Shown here piece after piece: positions 1 through 11,354 of a DNA stretch of 64,000 nucleotides. A program made the position numbers and the translations under genes. Each line of letters starts with the position of its first letter. Position 1 is the first letter of the stretch. The notes under the pieces are model-generated. The model searched no databases. It was given only the letters and a program-made list of their open reading frames with translations, and was not told the DNA's origin. The DNA comes from Octopus sinensis (lineage: Eukaryota): positions 8,494,001-8,558,000 of the forward strand of contig NC_043026.1 in assembly GCF_006345805.1 (NCBI RefSeq). Direction: 5' to 3'.

Positions 1-2098
1 CATTACTGAATATTTCCTTATTCGTTTCAGATGTAATGGAAGGGAAACGAAGACCAGAATCAAGATTTGATAATGACACAGATTCCAGAATGTTCACTTG
101 GTCCCCATCAATCTTTATGCAATGACATTCAATCAATTCAATATGTGCACACCAGTAAATATTTCCCACTTTTCTCCATATCACACCATAAGGTACTTGA
201 CTTTCCCAAACTTTATATTTCCCCAAATTTTCTTGCTTCAGTTGAAATATTTCTCGTCTGTTAGGGACCGTGACCATTATGCCTCTTCCATGTGTAAAAC
301 ACACACCACCAACTAAACTTCCTAGATCTCTGTGGCATAGCAATTCCCCATCTCTATCAAACATTTTAACATTTCCATTATTGGCTTTTTCACACACAAC
401 TGTCTTTCCTTCATCAGAGATGTCAATATCTTTCACCTGAACAAGACATTCGTCTGTTTGTAAATGACAAACAGGGAATTTTTCCCGATTAAGCTGAAAC
501 AAACCTTCAACATACAATTTATCTTTGTTGTGGCTCCCAGCAAAACGTGGACCATTACAGTTTATACTTGTGAAATCTATTTTATCTTTATAAATTCTAC
601 TATTTATAAATATTCTGTTGTATTCTCCTGTCTGTGTCAAACAGACTAAGCTGTTATAGCCAGTGAAATCACCATAACGATCCCACCATCCATAAATGTA
701 CAAATAACTGTCATCAATTGTCATGTTGTTGTATTTAATATCATCATAAGCCATGTAGTGTCTAACTGAATGCAAATACTGACCACCACTGTTGAAGAAT
801 ATTATGAATCTTCTATTGCTGACAATGATGACACCATTAGCAGTAACTATAATATTACAGATGTAATTAATAAGTCCACGTCTGTCTTTCGTTAATGTCT
901 CAGGTATGCCTATTTGTTTTATTATATTCACGGTTGAATGTTTTTCGTCTATAACGATAACATACAAATTACATTTATCTCTATATTTACTACACAACAG
1001 TTGATTGTTTGATAAAGAAGCAATACATTTATATTCATTTCTTGTCAGGTAGGTTACCGACGACAATGGGAACCCAACTTTTAAAGTCAACAATTGGGAC
1101 TTAGCACCATAAGTTGTAATGACCAGTGTGTTTCTCTGCCAACGACACATATTAATAGGAAAAACATTCAATTTGATAGAGTCCACAAGTTGACCGTCAA
1201 ATGTGAATATCTTAATGTTTTTATTATTCCAGTCATATGACGCTATCAGGTTATTTTCAATAACACACAAACGGCGAATGTACACTGGTTTTTGGTCTCC
1301 AAAACCTGAAGGGACAACGACATGTCTAGCTTTGTCAGAAACTGTCAGGTCCTGTAGATATAAAGTGGAAGACAACATTTCACTGACAGAAATGTTTCTG
1401 GAAAATACATCCACCAGGTCGATATAATAATTAAGTTGATTATTTGTAACGAGATCATTAACTAACAAATTATGATTGTTTATGGCAAACATACGGCTTC
1501 TGTCTATCAGATAAACAAATATTTTATCAATAGATCCACCGCAGAGATTGAGGGGACGTTTCACTTGGGACATTAAAACACTGGGGACCATCTTACTACT
1601 ACTATAACCACCACCACAGATACTAGTGTTGTAATGAAAGGCTATTTTCCTAGTAACAATTAATAATTTTCGTGTTTCATTTTCTATTGCTAATGATTTC
1701 ACAAACACAGGGATATTAATTGTCTTAAGTACTTCGACTTGATTATAATAATTGATGGCTAAAATATCTAAATGTGATGGATTATCACAGTAACAAACAA
1801 TTTCACATTCACCCATCTTACACACCCGTACATAAGGCTGCCTTAATGATACACTTCTCACTGTCTTTGATAGGTTTCCGATGACCCTTAATTGTTTCTG
1901 TAGGGGTAATGTGACCCCTATATGATTAGAACCCCACTAACATATATCTGTGGCTGTAGACAGCAGAGATAATCTGGGCACAATGTCTCCTTCCTCAGAA
2001 ATGCACGACAAGCAATCATGCTTGATGTCGGACACCACCAACTGTCCATTGGACAGATTACATATTTCGCCAATGACAAGTTTTTGGTCATTCTCCTT
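1..2098 (-). pseudogene. Out-of-frame remainder of paralogue A (propellers 3-5, continues beyond the window start)
   Basis: Manual translation gives KENDQKLVIGEICNLSNGQLVVSDIKHDC..., then one in-frame TAG at 1937..1939 (DIC*WGSNH vs DICRWDSNH in B and C). The frame is then open to position 1 (...GLRFPSITSETNKEIFSN), matching B and C. Confidence 0.85.
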
Positions 2099-2099
2099 T

Positions 2100-4223
2100 T
2101 CATAGATTTAGATTTTTGAAAGAAGGATTTTTAATGGGTAAACAACAGCCAGACGACTGGTCTTGATACTTGTAAAGAAGAACCCTGTTGAGTTGAGTGT
2201 CGGGGACATTAAGAGTTCCTTGGAAAACAGCAATGTGAGGGTGAACAGGGAAAGGCAGTTCCCACTGCCATTTCATTTCTCCATATAGATCGTAACATCT
2301 GAGAATAGAGTGTCTCCTGAAGAGGACATAGAAATAAACATTATCAGAGTAGATGTGACGAGGGTAGCCATAGAATGGAAGGTATTTTTGAAAAAGTTCT
2401 TCACCACATGTGGAATAAAATACCATTTTATTTTCGTTTCCATCTACGACTACAAAATTAATTGGAGTTGCAGCAATGCTGACATTATGATGTCCCAGAG
2501 AAATTCTTTTTGCAATGTCAACTTTATCTTCATTGATCAATAGGATATGGACCTCGCTTTTGTTTTCAGTGGTGGTCACAGCCAGACACTTATTTGATAC
2601 AATATGACATATTTTCATGTAACCAGTTTGCACCTTTATTAAAGGGCCTTTTCTTAGTTCAGGACAGGTGATATACTGAAACCCTTTCATTTCACGATAA
2701 AAGACCAGGAATCTGTTTGTGTTTATTCTACAAAGTGCAGAAGGTGAAGAATTAAAAGTTATATAATTTTGGCTATTTTTTCCCTCAATATCAGAGAGTA
2801 ATATAGCTTTCTTATTCCCGTAGAGCATTAATATGGAAGATGTTGACATAGGAAGAATATTTTTGACATTATAGAAATCCTCAATATATATATGGTTGAT
2901 CAGACTGGGTGTACATAGCTGGTTGCTGTAAGACGGCTTGAACCAAAAATCTTTAGTTGTCCCTATATTATGCAGAACCCCAAAATAATCAGTCAAGAAA
3001 ATAGTATCTGAGCAAACGCAAAAATACCGACATTTCATTCCAATTTCCCTCTTTGACACACCACCCTTACCTGAAATCCGATAAATAATATGTCCCTGGA
3101 GGACATAAAAATGGTTTTGGTACACAGTGATGCTGGTTGGGAGATCCAGAGAATGGGTCTCTACCTCAAATATCTGCTGGCCATCCACATCGTAACAGGT
3201 AACTCTGTTAATATTAGCAAATGCTATTAACAGGTTACCTTGTGGACCAACAGCAATATCTGCAGGTATCTCTTTGCCAATAAATTGAGTGATAATTCTA
3301 TTATCTTCCCAATCAATGAGGAATATGGTCTTACCAAACAGTTCTACACCTATAAGCGTAGAATGTTCCAAATAAGAAACCAAGATTAATCCTAGCTGAA
3401 TTCTTTTGATTTTAAAACTTAAAGGGTTGATAATAAGAATCATTTTTTTGAAGGGGAGGGTGGCCAGGACTGTGTCTTCACTGATTCTAGTAAAATCAGT
3501 GACAGAAGATGAGCAATGAACTTCATTTCTGTTGCCGTCTCTTGTTATACAACATATTGTCATACAGTGGCGGGAATATGTTACAATACCCCCTTGTATG
3601 ACAACAATATTGGATATGGGGTTGCTTAAGTCTTCACCAGATTCCTCAATCTTTGCTTCTCTGGTTACAACCGAAGAATGTGGCCGAAATTTCTTGATTA
3701 TTTTTGGTGCCTCAATGATTTTGTGTTTGTCTTGCAAAACATTTGTCTTAATGTATTGTTCCAAAAAACATTCAAGTTTTCCTATAATACTAAAATCTTG
3801 GCTGTAATCATATTCCTTAATGTCTTTCTGCAAAATTTCTATTCTCTGTGTAAAATCTTTTAGAAAATTATTTTCATCCAAACCAACACTTTTTAAAAAA
3901 GTACATATTTTTTCCCGAGAATTTATCAACAAATTAATTTTGTCTTCATAGGCATTGAACCTTGTATAATATACACGTTTGTCCAAAATATTTCGTCTTC
4001 CAATTATTTCCCAGTTTTTAGGGTCTCCTTTATGTCTTTTTTGTTTTGTTGTTGACTGAAATGAAGATCTTTTCTCGGACATTTCTCTCCTTGAACCGTC
4101 ATCTCTCTCATATTTACACCTTTTATTGTCAACTCCTTCTTCATCCCATTTTGGTGTCGAGTTCCTTAAAGCCCTTTTCAGAGGGATAAGTTTCCTTAAA
4201 GTATTTTCAGTCTGGTCTTCCAT
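2100..4223 (-). CDS. Multi-beta-propeller (NHL/TolB-like) protein, paralogue A, truncated 707-aa ORF (N-terminal region plus propellers 1-2)
   Basis: 707-aa ORF collinear with the first 707 aa of the intact 1781-aa paralogue at 26652..31997. It ends at NLNL* because an 8-nt net deletion (ctccttttc-a-tagatttag here vs ctccttttc-tttgagtcg-tagatttag in copy C) shifts the frame. Confidence 0.85.
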   Translation of the reverse strand: MEDQTENTLRKLIPLKRALRNSTPKWDEEGVDNKRCKYERDDGSRREMSEKRSSFQSTTKQKRHKGDPKNWEIIGRRNILDKRVYYTRFNAYEDKINLLINSREKICTFLKSVGLDENNFLKDFTQRIEILQKDIKEYDYSQDFSIIGKLECFLEQYIKTNVLQDKHKIIEAPKIIKKFRPHSSVVTREAKIEESGEDLSNPISNIVVIQGGIVTYSRHCMTICCITRDGNRNEVHCSSSVTDFTRISEDTVLATLPFKKMILIINPLSFKIKRIQLGLILVSYLEHSTLIGVELFGKTIFLIDWEDNRIITQFIGKEIPADIAVGPQGNLLIAFANINRVTCYDVDGQQIFEVETHSLDLPTSITVYQNHFYVLQGHIIYRISGKGGVSKREIGMKCRYFCVCSDTIFLTDYFGVLHNIGTTKDFWFKPSYSNQLCTPSLINHIYIEDFYNVKNILPMSTSSILMLYGNKKAILLSDIEGKNSQNYITFNSSPSALCRINTNRFLVFYREMKGFQYITCPELRKGPLIKVQTGYMKICHIVSNKCLAVTTTENKSEVHILLINEDKVDIAKRISLGHHNVSIAATPINFVVVDGNENKMVFYSTCGEELFQKYLPFYGYPRHIYSDNVYFYVLFRRHSILRCYDLYGEMKWQWELPFPVHPHIAVFQGTLNVPDTQLNRVLLYKYQDQSSGCCLPIKNPSFKNLNL

Positions 4224-4230
4224 AGTGAAT

Positions 4231-4260
4231 CTGTAAAGAAATATAAGGAAAACATTTAGC
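4231..4260 (-). promoter_or_regulatory. 3' splice acceptor 7 nt upstream of the ATG of paralogue A
   Basis: Minus strand ttttccttatatttctttacag|attcactATG, with a polypyrimidine tract plus CAG; conserved in all three copies. Confidence 0.7.
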
Positions 4261-4626
4261 TTTGTGAAAATATTAAAGTTTCAGGGAGATGATGTTTGCT
4301 TCATCATTTGAAAAACACAAACAAAACATTTATGTATTTCTGTCAGTTAATTAATCTTGTCTAATTAATATTTAAACAACTTATTACAATCTATTCTAAG
4401 ATGTCTTAATAAGTTTCATTAATTACATGGAGTCTAAATATTAGAAATAATTATTTTCACTGGAAATGATATTTGCTCTCAACATCACAAAGAAATAGTC
4501 ATGTGTGGCTTAGATTTATTTAACGATAATTAGTCAAAGAGATTCCCCTACTCCAAAAGTAAAGAAATCATTTAGCTTTGTGAAAATAATAAAGTTTCAG
4601 GGAAATTATCTTCACTTCATTGTTTT

Positions 4627-4960
4627 AAATACACCTGGCTTCCGTGCCGGTGGCATGTAAAAGACACCATTCGAGCGTAATCGTTACCAGCATCGCCTTA
4701 CTGGCACCTGTGCCGGTGGCATGTGTAAAAGATTCGAGCGAGGTCATTGCCAGTACTGCCTGACTGGCCCCATGCCGGTGACACGTAAAAGCACCCACTA
4801 CACTCTCGGAGTGGTTGGCGTTAGGAAGGGCATCTAGCTGTAGAAACTCTGTCAGATGAAGATTGAAGCCTGGTGCAGCCATCTGGCTTGCCAGTCCTCA
4901 GTCAAATCGTCCAACCCATGCTAGCATGGAAAGCGGACGTTAAACGATGATGATGATAAT
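4627..4960 (+). mobile_element. 3' UTR fragment of the abundant RTE-type LINE
   Basis: Ends in ggaaagcggacgttaaacgatgatgatg. The same tail follows an ORF2 C-terminal remnant at 24335..25005 and recurs many times in the window. Confidence 0.7.
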
Positions 4961-5034
4961 GATGAAACTAAATATTTATGTATTCCTATCAAAGATAGTC
5001 AAATTAACATTTAATCAACTTTTACAGTATAATA

Positions 5035-5245
5035 CACAAAAACCGTTCGATTTACTTCAACATTTAAATTTAATTTGTCAAAATATTTTCGTCGCTTTCA
5101 GACCACGACCTTCTCACTGACAAAGCTTCATGCTGCATCTCCAAGCATGAAGCTTTGTCAGTGAACAGGTCGCGGTCTCAAAGCGACGAAAATATTTTGA
5201 CAAATAAAATTTAAAAGTTGAAGTGAATCTAACGGTTTTTGTGTG
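5035..5245. mobile_element. Palindromic MITE-like element
   Basis: Arms aaaccg...caaaatattttcgtcgctttcagacc...ctgacaaagcttcatgc / gcatgaagctttgtcag...aaagcgacgaaaatattttg...cggtttt. A related half copy lies at ~46340..46480. Confidence 0.7.
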
Positions 5246-5579
5246 TTTCTTAAATGGCTTATAAACACCTTCCATGCTGCAATTGTTTTCGTTCCAGCAC
5301 ACGATCTCAGATCAAGTCACTTGCTATGCAAGTACATCTCCGTAATCCAGTATAATGATTAGCAACAAACATCTCATTACATTCTATTGTATTAATGAAG
5401 GAAGTATTAAAATGTTTCATTAATTACATGAAGTATAAATATTAATTTCAAATTTTGGCACAAGGCCACAAAATTTGTGGGAGGGGTAAGTCAATTACAT
5501 CAACCCTGGTGCTCAACTGGTACTTATTTTATCGACCTTAAAAGGACGAAAAGCAAAGATGACCTCGGTGAAATACATC

Positions 5580-5885
5580 ATTATCATCATCATCGTTTAG
5601 CGTCCGTTTTCCATGCTAGCATGGGTTGGATGGTTCAACTGGGGTCTGGGAAGCCAGAAGGCTGCTGCACCAGGCCCAGTCTGATCTGGCAAAGTTTCTA
5701 CGGCTGGATGCCCTTCCTAACACCAACCACTCCGTGAGTGTAGTGGGTGCTTTTTACGTGCCAGGCGGGGCTGGCAAACGGCCACGGTCGGATGGTGCTT
5801 TTTTATGTGCCACTGGCACAGGGGCCAGGCGAGGCTGGCAATGGCCACGAACGGATGGCGCTTTTTACGTGCCACCGGCACGCAG
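5580..5885 (-). mobile_element. RTE-type LINE 3' UTR fragment
   Basis: Reverse complement of the tail seen at 4627..4960. Confidence 0.7.
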
Positions 5886-6078
5886 TATAATTATTAGAAA
5901 TAGTTATATACACTGGAAATTATATTTGTTTTCAACATGACAAAATAATAGTCATATCTCGTTTAGAATTATTTCTGATAATTACTCTAACAGGTTTATC
6001 TGCCCCTAAAAGTACTCAATAAGGAGATGCTCTAAGCTTTAGAGAAAATTTACTTTGAAATAACATGGGGAATGTCAT

Positions 6079-6784
6079 GATGATGGCAATCCCTCAAGGT
6101 CGAGGATGATGGTCTTTGCGCAAATTTACTGGTGAGTCCGTAGGTGACCGATAAGACCAATTCTTGCTTGAAAAGATCGGTCGCAGTCCGGACATCTAGT
6201 GCCGGTAGGGAGAGTTGCACATGGTTGTTGTTGGCGCTCCTTCCGTCGTCGTCTTTTCTCCTCCAGCTCTGCAGACCTTTTCGACTCGAAATTCGCCGTT
6301 CCCTCATGGATGGTGGTTTTCCAGAGTGGTCTGTTTTTTGCCGTTTCCTCCCAGTTAGTGAAGTCGATGTCACACTTTTTGAGGTTCGTTTTCAGGGAGT
6401 CCTTGTAGCGTTTCTTCTGGCCTCCTTTTGTATGCTTGCCATCTTTGAGTTGGGAGTAGATCTGTTTGGGAAGTTGTTCGTCAGTCATTCTAACCACGTG
6501 GCCGCTCCATCTTAGTTGGCCTTTGATGACATAGGCTTCGATGCTGGTCATTTTTGCTTCTTGTAGCATGCTGACGTTTGTTCTTCTGTCTTCCCAGCTG
6601 ATGTTAAGGATCTTCCGAAGACGGCTTCGAACAAGAGTTTTTGCTGATCGGGACATCCGAACCGAAACCAAACTCATGGTGCACGGGGCAGTCATTATTC
6701 CAACCCTCCTTTATGTACCCGAAACCTGGACCCTGTATAGGCACCACCTGAAAACGCTCGAGAAATTTCACCAACGCTGTCTTC
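6079..6784 (-). mobile_element. 5'-truncated, 5'-inverted RTE (BovB-like) LINE with 12-bp TSD
   Basis: Minus strand encodes the RTE ORF2 C-terminus (LRKILNISWEDRRTN...QLRWSGHVVRM...CPDCDRSFQARIGLIGHLRTH). Plus strand ~6620..6786 encodes the immediately upstream segment (RLRTRVF...PTLLYVPETWTLYRHHLKTLEKFHQRCLR). TSD ggggaatgtcat at 6067..6078 and 6785..6796. Confidence 0.9.
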
Positions 6785-6999
6785 GGGGAATGTCATAGCA
6801 CACACATCAATCATGATCAAATTTTATTAATTCTTTTGGCCTGGCTGCTACATATTTGTACCTGTCAAAAATTTTACTACCCAAATCTTTAAAATTCCCA
6901 TTTTATGTGATGCAGTATAATACCACTCCAGTTTTACTAGTATATAGCGCCAGATGTATGATTGGAGTGTATGACACTATAATCTTTTCTGTTCTAGGT

Positions 7000-7600
7000 A
7001 CAAGGCCTGAAATTTGGGGGAGAGGGGACCAGTCGATTAGATCGACCTCAGTACACAACAGGTACTTAATTTATCGACCCCAAACGGATGAAAGGCAAAG
7101 TCGACCTCAGCGGGATTTGAACTCAGAACGTACAAGACAGACGAAATACTGATAAGCATTTCGCCCAGCGTGCTAACATTTCTTATTTCTTTACTGCTCA
7201 CAAGGGGCTAAACACAGAGAGGAAAAACAAGGACAGACAAACGGATTAAGTCGATTACATCGACCCCAGTGCGTAACTGGTACTTATTTAATCGACCCCC
7301 CAAAAGGATGAAAGGCAAAGTCGATCTTGGTGGAATTTGAACTCAGAACATAGTGGCAGACGAAATACCTATTTCTTTACTACCCACAAGGGGCTAAACA
7401 CAGAGAGGACAAACAAGGACAGACAAACGGATTAAGTCGATTACATCGACCCCAGTGCGTAACTGGTACTTATTTAATCGACCCCAAAAGGATGAAAGGC
7501 AAAGTCGACCTCAGCGGAATTTGAACTCAGAACGTACGATACAGACGAAATACTGATAAGCATTTTGCCCAGCGTGCTAACGTTTCGCCAGCTCGCCACC
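7000..7600 (-). mobile_element. tRNA-derived SINE multimer (three partial units)
   Basis: Repeated cgaccccagtgcgtaactggtact...ggatgaaaggcaaagtcgacctc...gaatttgaactcagaac units. Confidence 0.8.
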
Positions 7601-7769
7601 TTTTGTGTATGACACGATAATGACAGCTCAAAAAGCTTGCATGTGTACGAACCGTCATCCATTACCGTCTTGAGAAAAAATTCCAGGTTGAAAGGGTTAA
7701 TATGGAACAATTAGCAAAACATAGACTTTATGCTTCATAGACATTTGTCAGATACAAGTCAGACTGAAC

Positions 7770-9240
7770 ATTTTGCTAGTTAGTTCTGGTTGTTAGCATA
7801 GAGAAGCTTCCAAGGGCAGCCAGTCTTAAATTCCTGTTTTGACCTAGGGGCCTGTGATAAACAGGAGAGGGCTGAAAGCCAGTCCTTCATGAACTCTTAT
7901 CTGTACACCAGTGGTTCCCAAACTTTTTTAGAGTCGCGACCCACTATTTATCACACCAGTTTATGACGACCCACTTAACTCTACTGAACTATCTCGATAG
8001 ACAGCAGTTAATCAAAGCTAATGCGTAATTTTATAACTTTTTGCGACCCACTAAGATTCCGTTCGCGACCCATCTGTGGGTCGCGACTCATAGTTTGGTA
8101 ACCACTGCCCTACAATAATTTCATTTCTATACTTCTTGCCAACTTTGACCTTACTGACAGCATCCCAATATATAGGCCTTGTACAGCTGAGAGGGCTGAA
8201 AGCCAATCCTTCATGAACTCTTATCTGTACACCAGTGGTTCCCAAACTTTTTTAGTAGAGTCGCGACCCACTATTTATCACACCAGTTTATGACGACCCA
8301 CTTAACTCTACTGAACTATCTCGATAGGCAACAGTTAATCAAAGCTAATGCGTAATTTTATAACTTTTTGCGACCCACTAAGATTCCGTTCGCGACCCAT
8401 CTGTAGGTCGCGACTCATAGTTTGGTAACCACTGCCCTACAATAATTTCATTTCTATACTTCTTGCCAACTTTGACCTTACTGACAGCATCCCAATATAT
8501 AGGCCTTGTACAGCTGAGAGGGCTGAAAGCCAGTCCTTCATGAACTCTTATCTGTACACCAGTGGTTCCCAAACTTTTTTAGTAGAGTCGCGACCCACTA
8601 TTTATCACACCAGTTTATGACGACCCACTTAACTCTACTGAACTATCTCGATAGACAACAGTTAATCAAAGCTAATGCGTAATTTTATAACTTTTTGCGA
8701 CCCACTAAGATTCCGTTCGCGACCCATCTGTAGATCGCGACTCATAGTTTGGTAACCACTGCCCTACAATAATTTCATTTCTATACTTCTTGCCAACTTT
8801 GACCTTACTGACAGCATCCCAATATATAGGCCTTGTACAGCTGAGAGGGCTGAAAGCCAGTCCTTCATGAACTCTTATCTGTACACCAGTGGTTCCCAAA
8901 CTTTTTTAGAGTCGCGACCCACTATTTATCACACCAATTTATGACGACCCACTTAACTCTACTGAACTATCTCGATAGACAGCAGTTAATCAAAGCTAAT
9001 GCGTAATTTTATAACTTTTTGCGACCCACTAAGATTCCGTTCGCGAGCCATCTGTGGGTTGCGACTCATAGTTTGGGAACCACTGCCCTACAATAATTTC
9101 ATTTCTATACTTCTTGCCGACTTTGACCTTACTGACAGCATCCCAATATATAGGCCTTGTACAGCTGTCACCAGCCACTTCTCTGTCCTTAGTACAGAGG
9201 ACTTCTCTGTCAAGGGCTTTCTCATGTCAACAAAATCCAA
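7770..9240 (-). mobile_element. Degenerate LINE reverse-transcriptase fragment carrying a MITE and tandemly amplified
   Basis: Minus-strand remnants WLVTAVQ..., DAVSKVKVGK, VHEG..FSPLLF and FKTGCPWKLLYANN (decayed LLYADD RT motif). Confidence 0.75.
7865..9167. repeat. Four-copy ~327-bp tandem repeat (RT fragment plus a ~200-bp hAT-like MITE)
   Basis: ORF track repeats at 8051/8378/8705. Each unit has cagtggttcccaaact...agtttggtaaccactg TIRs (first MITE 7909..8107). Confidence 0.9.
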
Positions 9241-9244
9241 GTAC

Positions 9245-9535
9245 AGGATCATGATCGTAAGGTTGTGAGTTCGATTCCCCGCGACGCGTTGTGTCCTTGA
9301 GCAAGACACTTTATTTCACGTTGCTCCAGTCCACTCAGCTGGCAAAAATGAGTTGTACTTGTATTTCAAAGGGTCAGCCTTGTCACTCTCTGTGTCACGC
9401 TGATTATCCCCGAGAACTACGTTATGGGTACACGTGTCTGTGAAATGCTCAGCCATTTGCACGTTAATTTCACGAGCAAGCTGTTCCGTTGATCGTATTA
9501 GCTGGGACCCTCGTCGTCGTAACCGGCGGAGTCTT
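9245..9535 (+). mobile_element. tRNA-derived SINE (5' truncated)
   Basis: Near-identical to the full copy at ~13920..14245 (B-box gttcgattccc; shared 3' end ggcggagtctttaaa). Confidence 0.8.
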
Positions 9536-9999
9536 TAAACAGAGCTCTATTCTCGGTTCAATGCTTCTCCTGAAGTTAAAACCAGGAAGACAGCATTAGT
9601 AGCGCTTTCCACTGGCACAAAACCAAACTGAATCTCATCAAGACTAATTCTCTTTCTAATTAGTCGAGCGATGTCCCCCCTCTGTAAACTTCATTACCTG
9701 GCCCAGGAATTTGATTTCTCGTTAATTAATTCTGTCTTAGGTGTAATCTTTACCTATGTAACAGTTGACCATAATGCTGTTACACCTGTATCAGGACAAT
9801 TATCCCCACCCATGAGGACAATTACCCCCAACAACAACTACTCCCTAGGACAATTACTGCCCCCCCCCCCGCGGTTAATTACTCCCTCTCCAATATATTA
9901 AGAAGTTTTAAATCATCATCTTGTTCTCCTCGTGGGTAATTGTCCTTGAGGGGGGGGGGGTTATGTCCATGGAGCGGGATAGTAAGATAGTAAATATCC

Positions 10000-10165
10000 T
10001 AGACTCACTACACCAGTCATTGGGTATGATTCCCACATGGACAACCTGATTAACTACATGGGTGACTGGGGCCATATCCCCTTCAGACAGATATTTTAAG
10101 CATCTCAGCAATGAATCCTGGTGGACCTTAAACATCTCAGCAGTAGAAAGAAAGGATGAACAAAC
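10000..10165 (-). mobile_element. LINE RT fragment
   Basis: Minus-strand remnants AEMLKIS and VTHVVNQVVHVGIIPNDWCS, typical of RTE-type RT upstream of the YKGKG motif. Confidence 0.6.
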
Positions 10166-10181
10166 AACTGGTATTGGTGAA

Positions 10182-11332
10182 GAGCTGGCAGAAGGGTTAG
10201 CACACCGGGCGAAATGCTTAGCGGTATTTCGTCTGCGTTACGTTGTGACTTCAAATTCCGCCGAGGTCGACTTTGCCTTTCATCCTTTCGGGGTCGATAA
10301 ATTAAGTACCAGTTGCGCACTGGGGTCGATGTAATCGACTTAATACCTATGTCTGTCCTTGTTTGTCCCCTCTGTGTTTAGCCCCTTGTGGGTAGTAAAG
10401 AAATAGGTATTTCGTCTGCCGTTACGTTCTGAGTTCAAATTCCGCCGAGGTCGACTTTGCCTTTCATCCTTTCGGGGTCGATAAATTAAGTACCAGTTAC
10501 GCACTGGGGTCGATATAATCGACTTAATACCTATGTCTGTCCTTGTTTGTCCCCTCTGTGTTTAGCCCCTTATGGGTAGTAAAGAAATAGGTATTTCGTC
10601 TGCCGTTACGTTCTGTGTTCAAATTCCGCCAAGGTCGACTTTGCCTTTCATCCTTTTGGGGTCGATAAATTAAGTACCAGTTACGCACTGGGGTCGATGT
10701 AATCGACTTAATCCCTTTGTCTGTCCTTGTTTGTCCCCTCTGTGTTTAGCCCCTTGTGGGTAGTAAAGAAATAGGTATTTCGTCTGCCGTTACGTTCTGA
10801 GTTCAAATCCCGCCGAGATCGACTTTGCCTTTCATCCTTTCGGGGTCGATAAATTAAGTACCAGTTACGCACTGGGGTCGATATAATCGACTTAATACCT
10901 ATGTCTGTCCTTGTTTGTCCCCTCTGTGTTTAGCCCCTTATGGGTAGTAAAGAAATAGGTATTTCGTCTGCCGTTACGTTCTGTGTTAAAATTCCGCCAA
11001 GGTCAACTTTGCCTTTCATCCTTTTGGGGTCGATAAATTAAGTACCAGTTACGCACTGGGGTCGATGTAATCGACTTAATCCCTTTGTCTGTCCTTGTTT
11101 GTCCCCTCTGTGTTTAGCCCCTTGTGGGTAGTAAAGAAATAGGTATTTCGTCTGCCGTTACGTTCTGAGTTCAAATCCCGCCGAGGTCGACTTTGTCTTT
11201 CATCCTTTCGGGGGTCGATAAATTAAGTACCAGTTACGCACTGGGGTCGATGTAATCGACTTAATACCTATGTCTGTCCTTGTTTGTCCCCTCTGTGTTT
11301 AGCCCCTTGTGGGTAGTAAAGAAATAGGTATT
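10182..11332 (+). mobile_element. SINE head plus six ~184-bp tandem body units, flanked by a direct repeat
   Basis: Six gtcgactttgcctttcatcc units. ggtattggtgaagagc occurs at 10170..10185 and 11327..11342. Confidence 0.85.
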
Positions 11333-11354
11333 GGTGAAGAGCATGGGGTTTATA

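Noticed and set aside
67-1427. Short plus-strand ORFs repeated at 27849, 28966, 58417 etc.
   Set aside because: Antisense shadows of the paralogous CDS; their recurrence only reflects the paralogy.
7865-9167. Regular repeat array resembling CRISPR
   Set aside because: Units are near-identical 327-mers without unique spacers, the DNA is eukaryotic, and there are no cas genes.
10062-10334. 90-aa plus-strand ORF with N-glycosylation-like motifs
   Set aside because: It is antisense to a LINE RT fragment and runs into a SINE.
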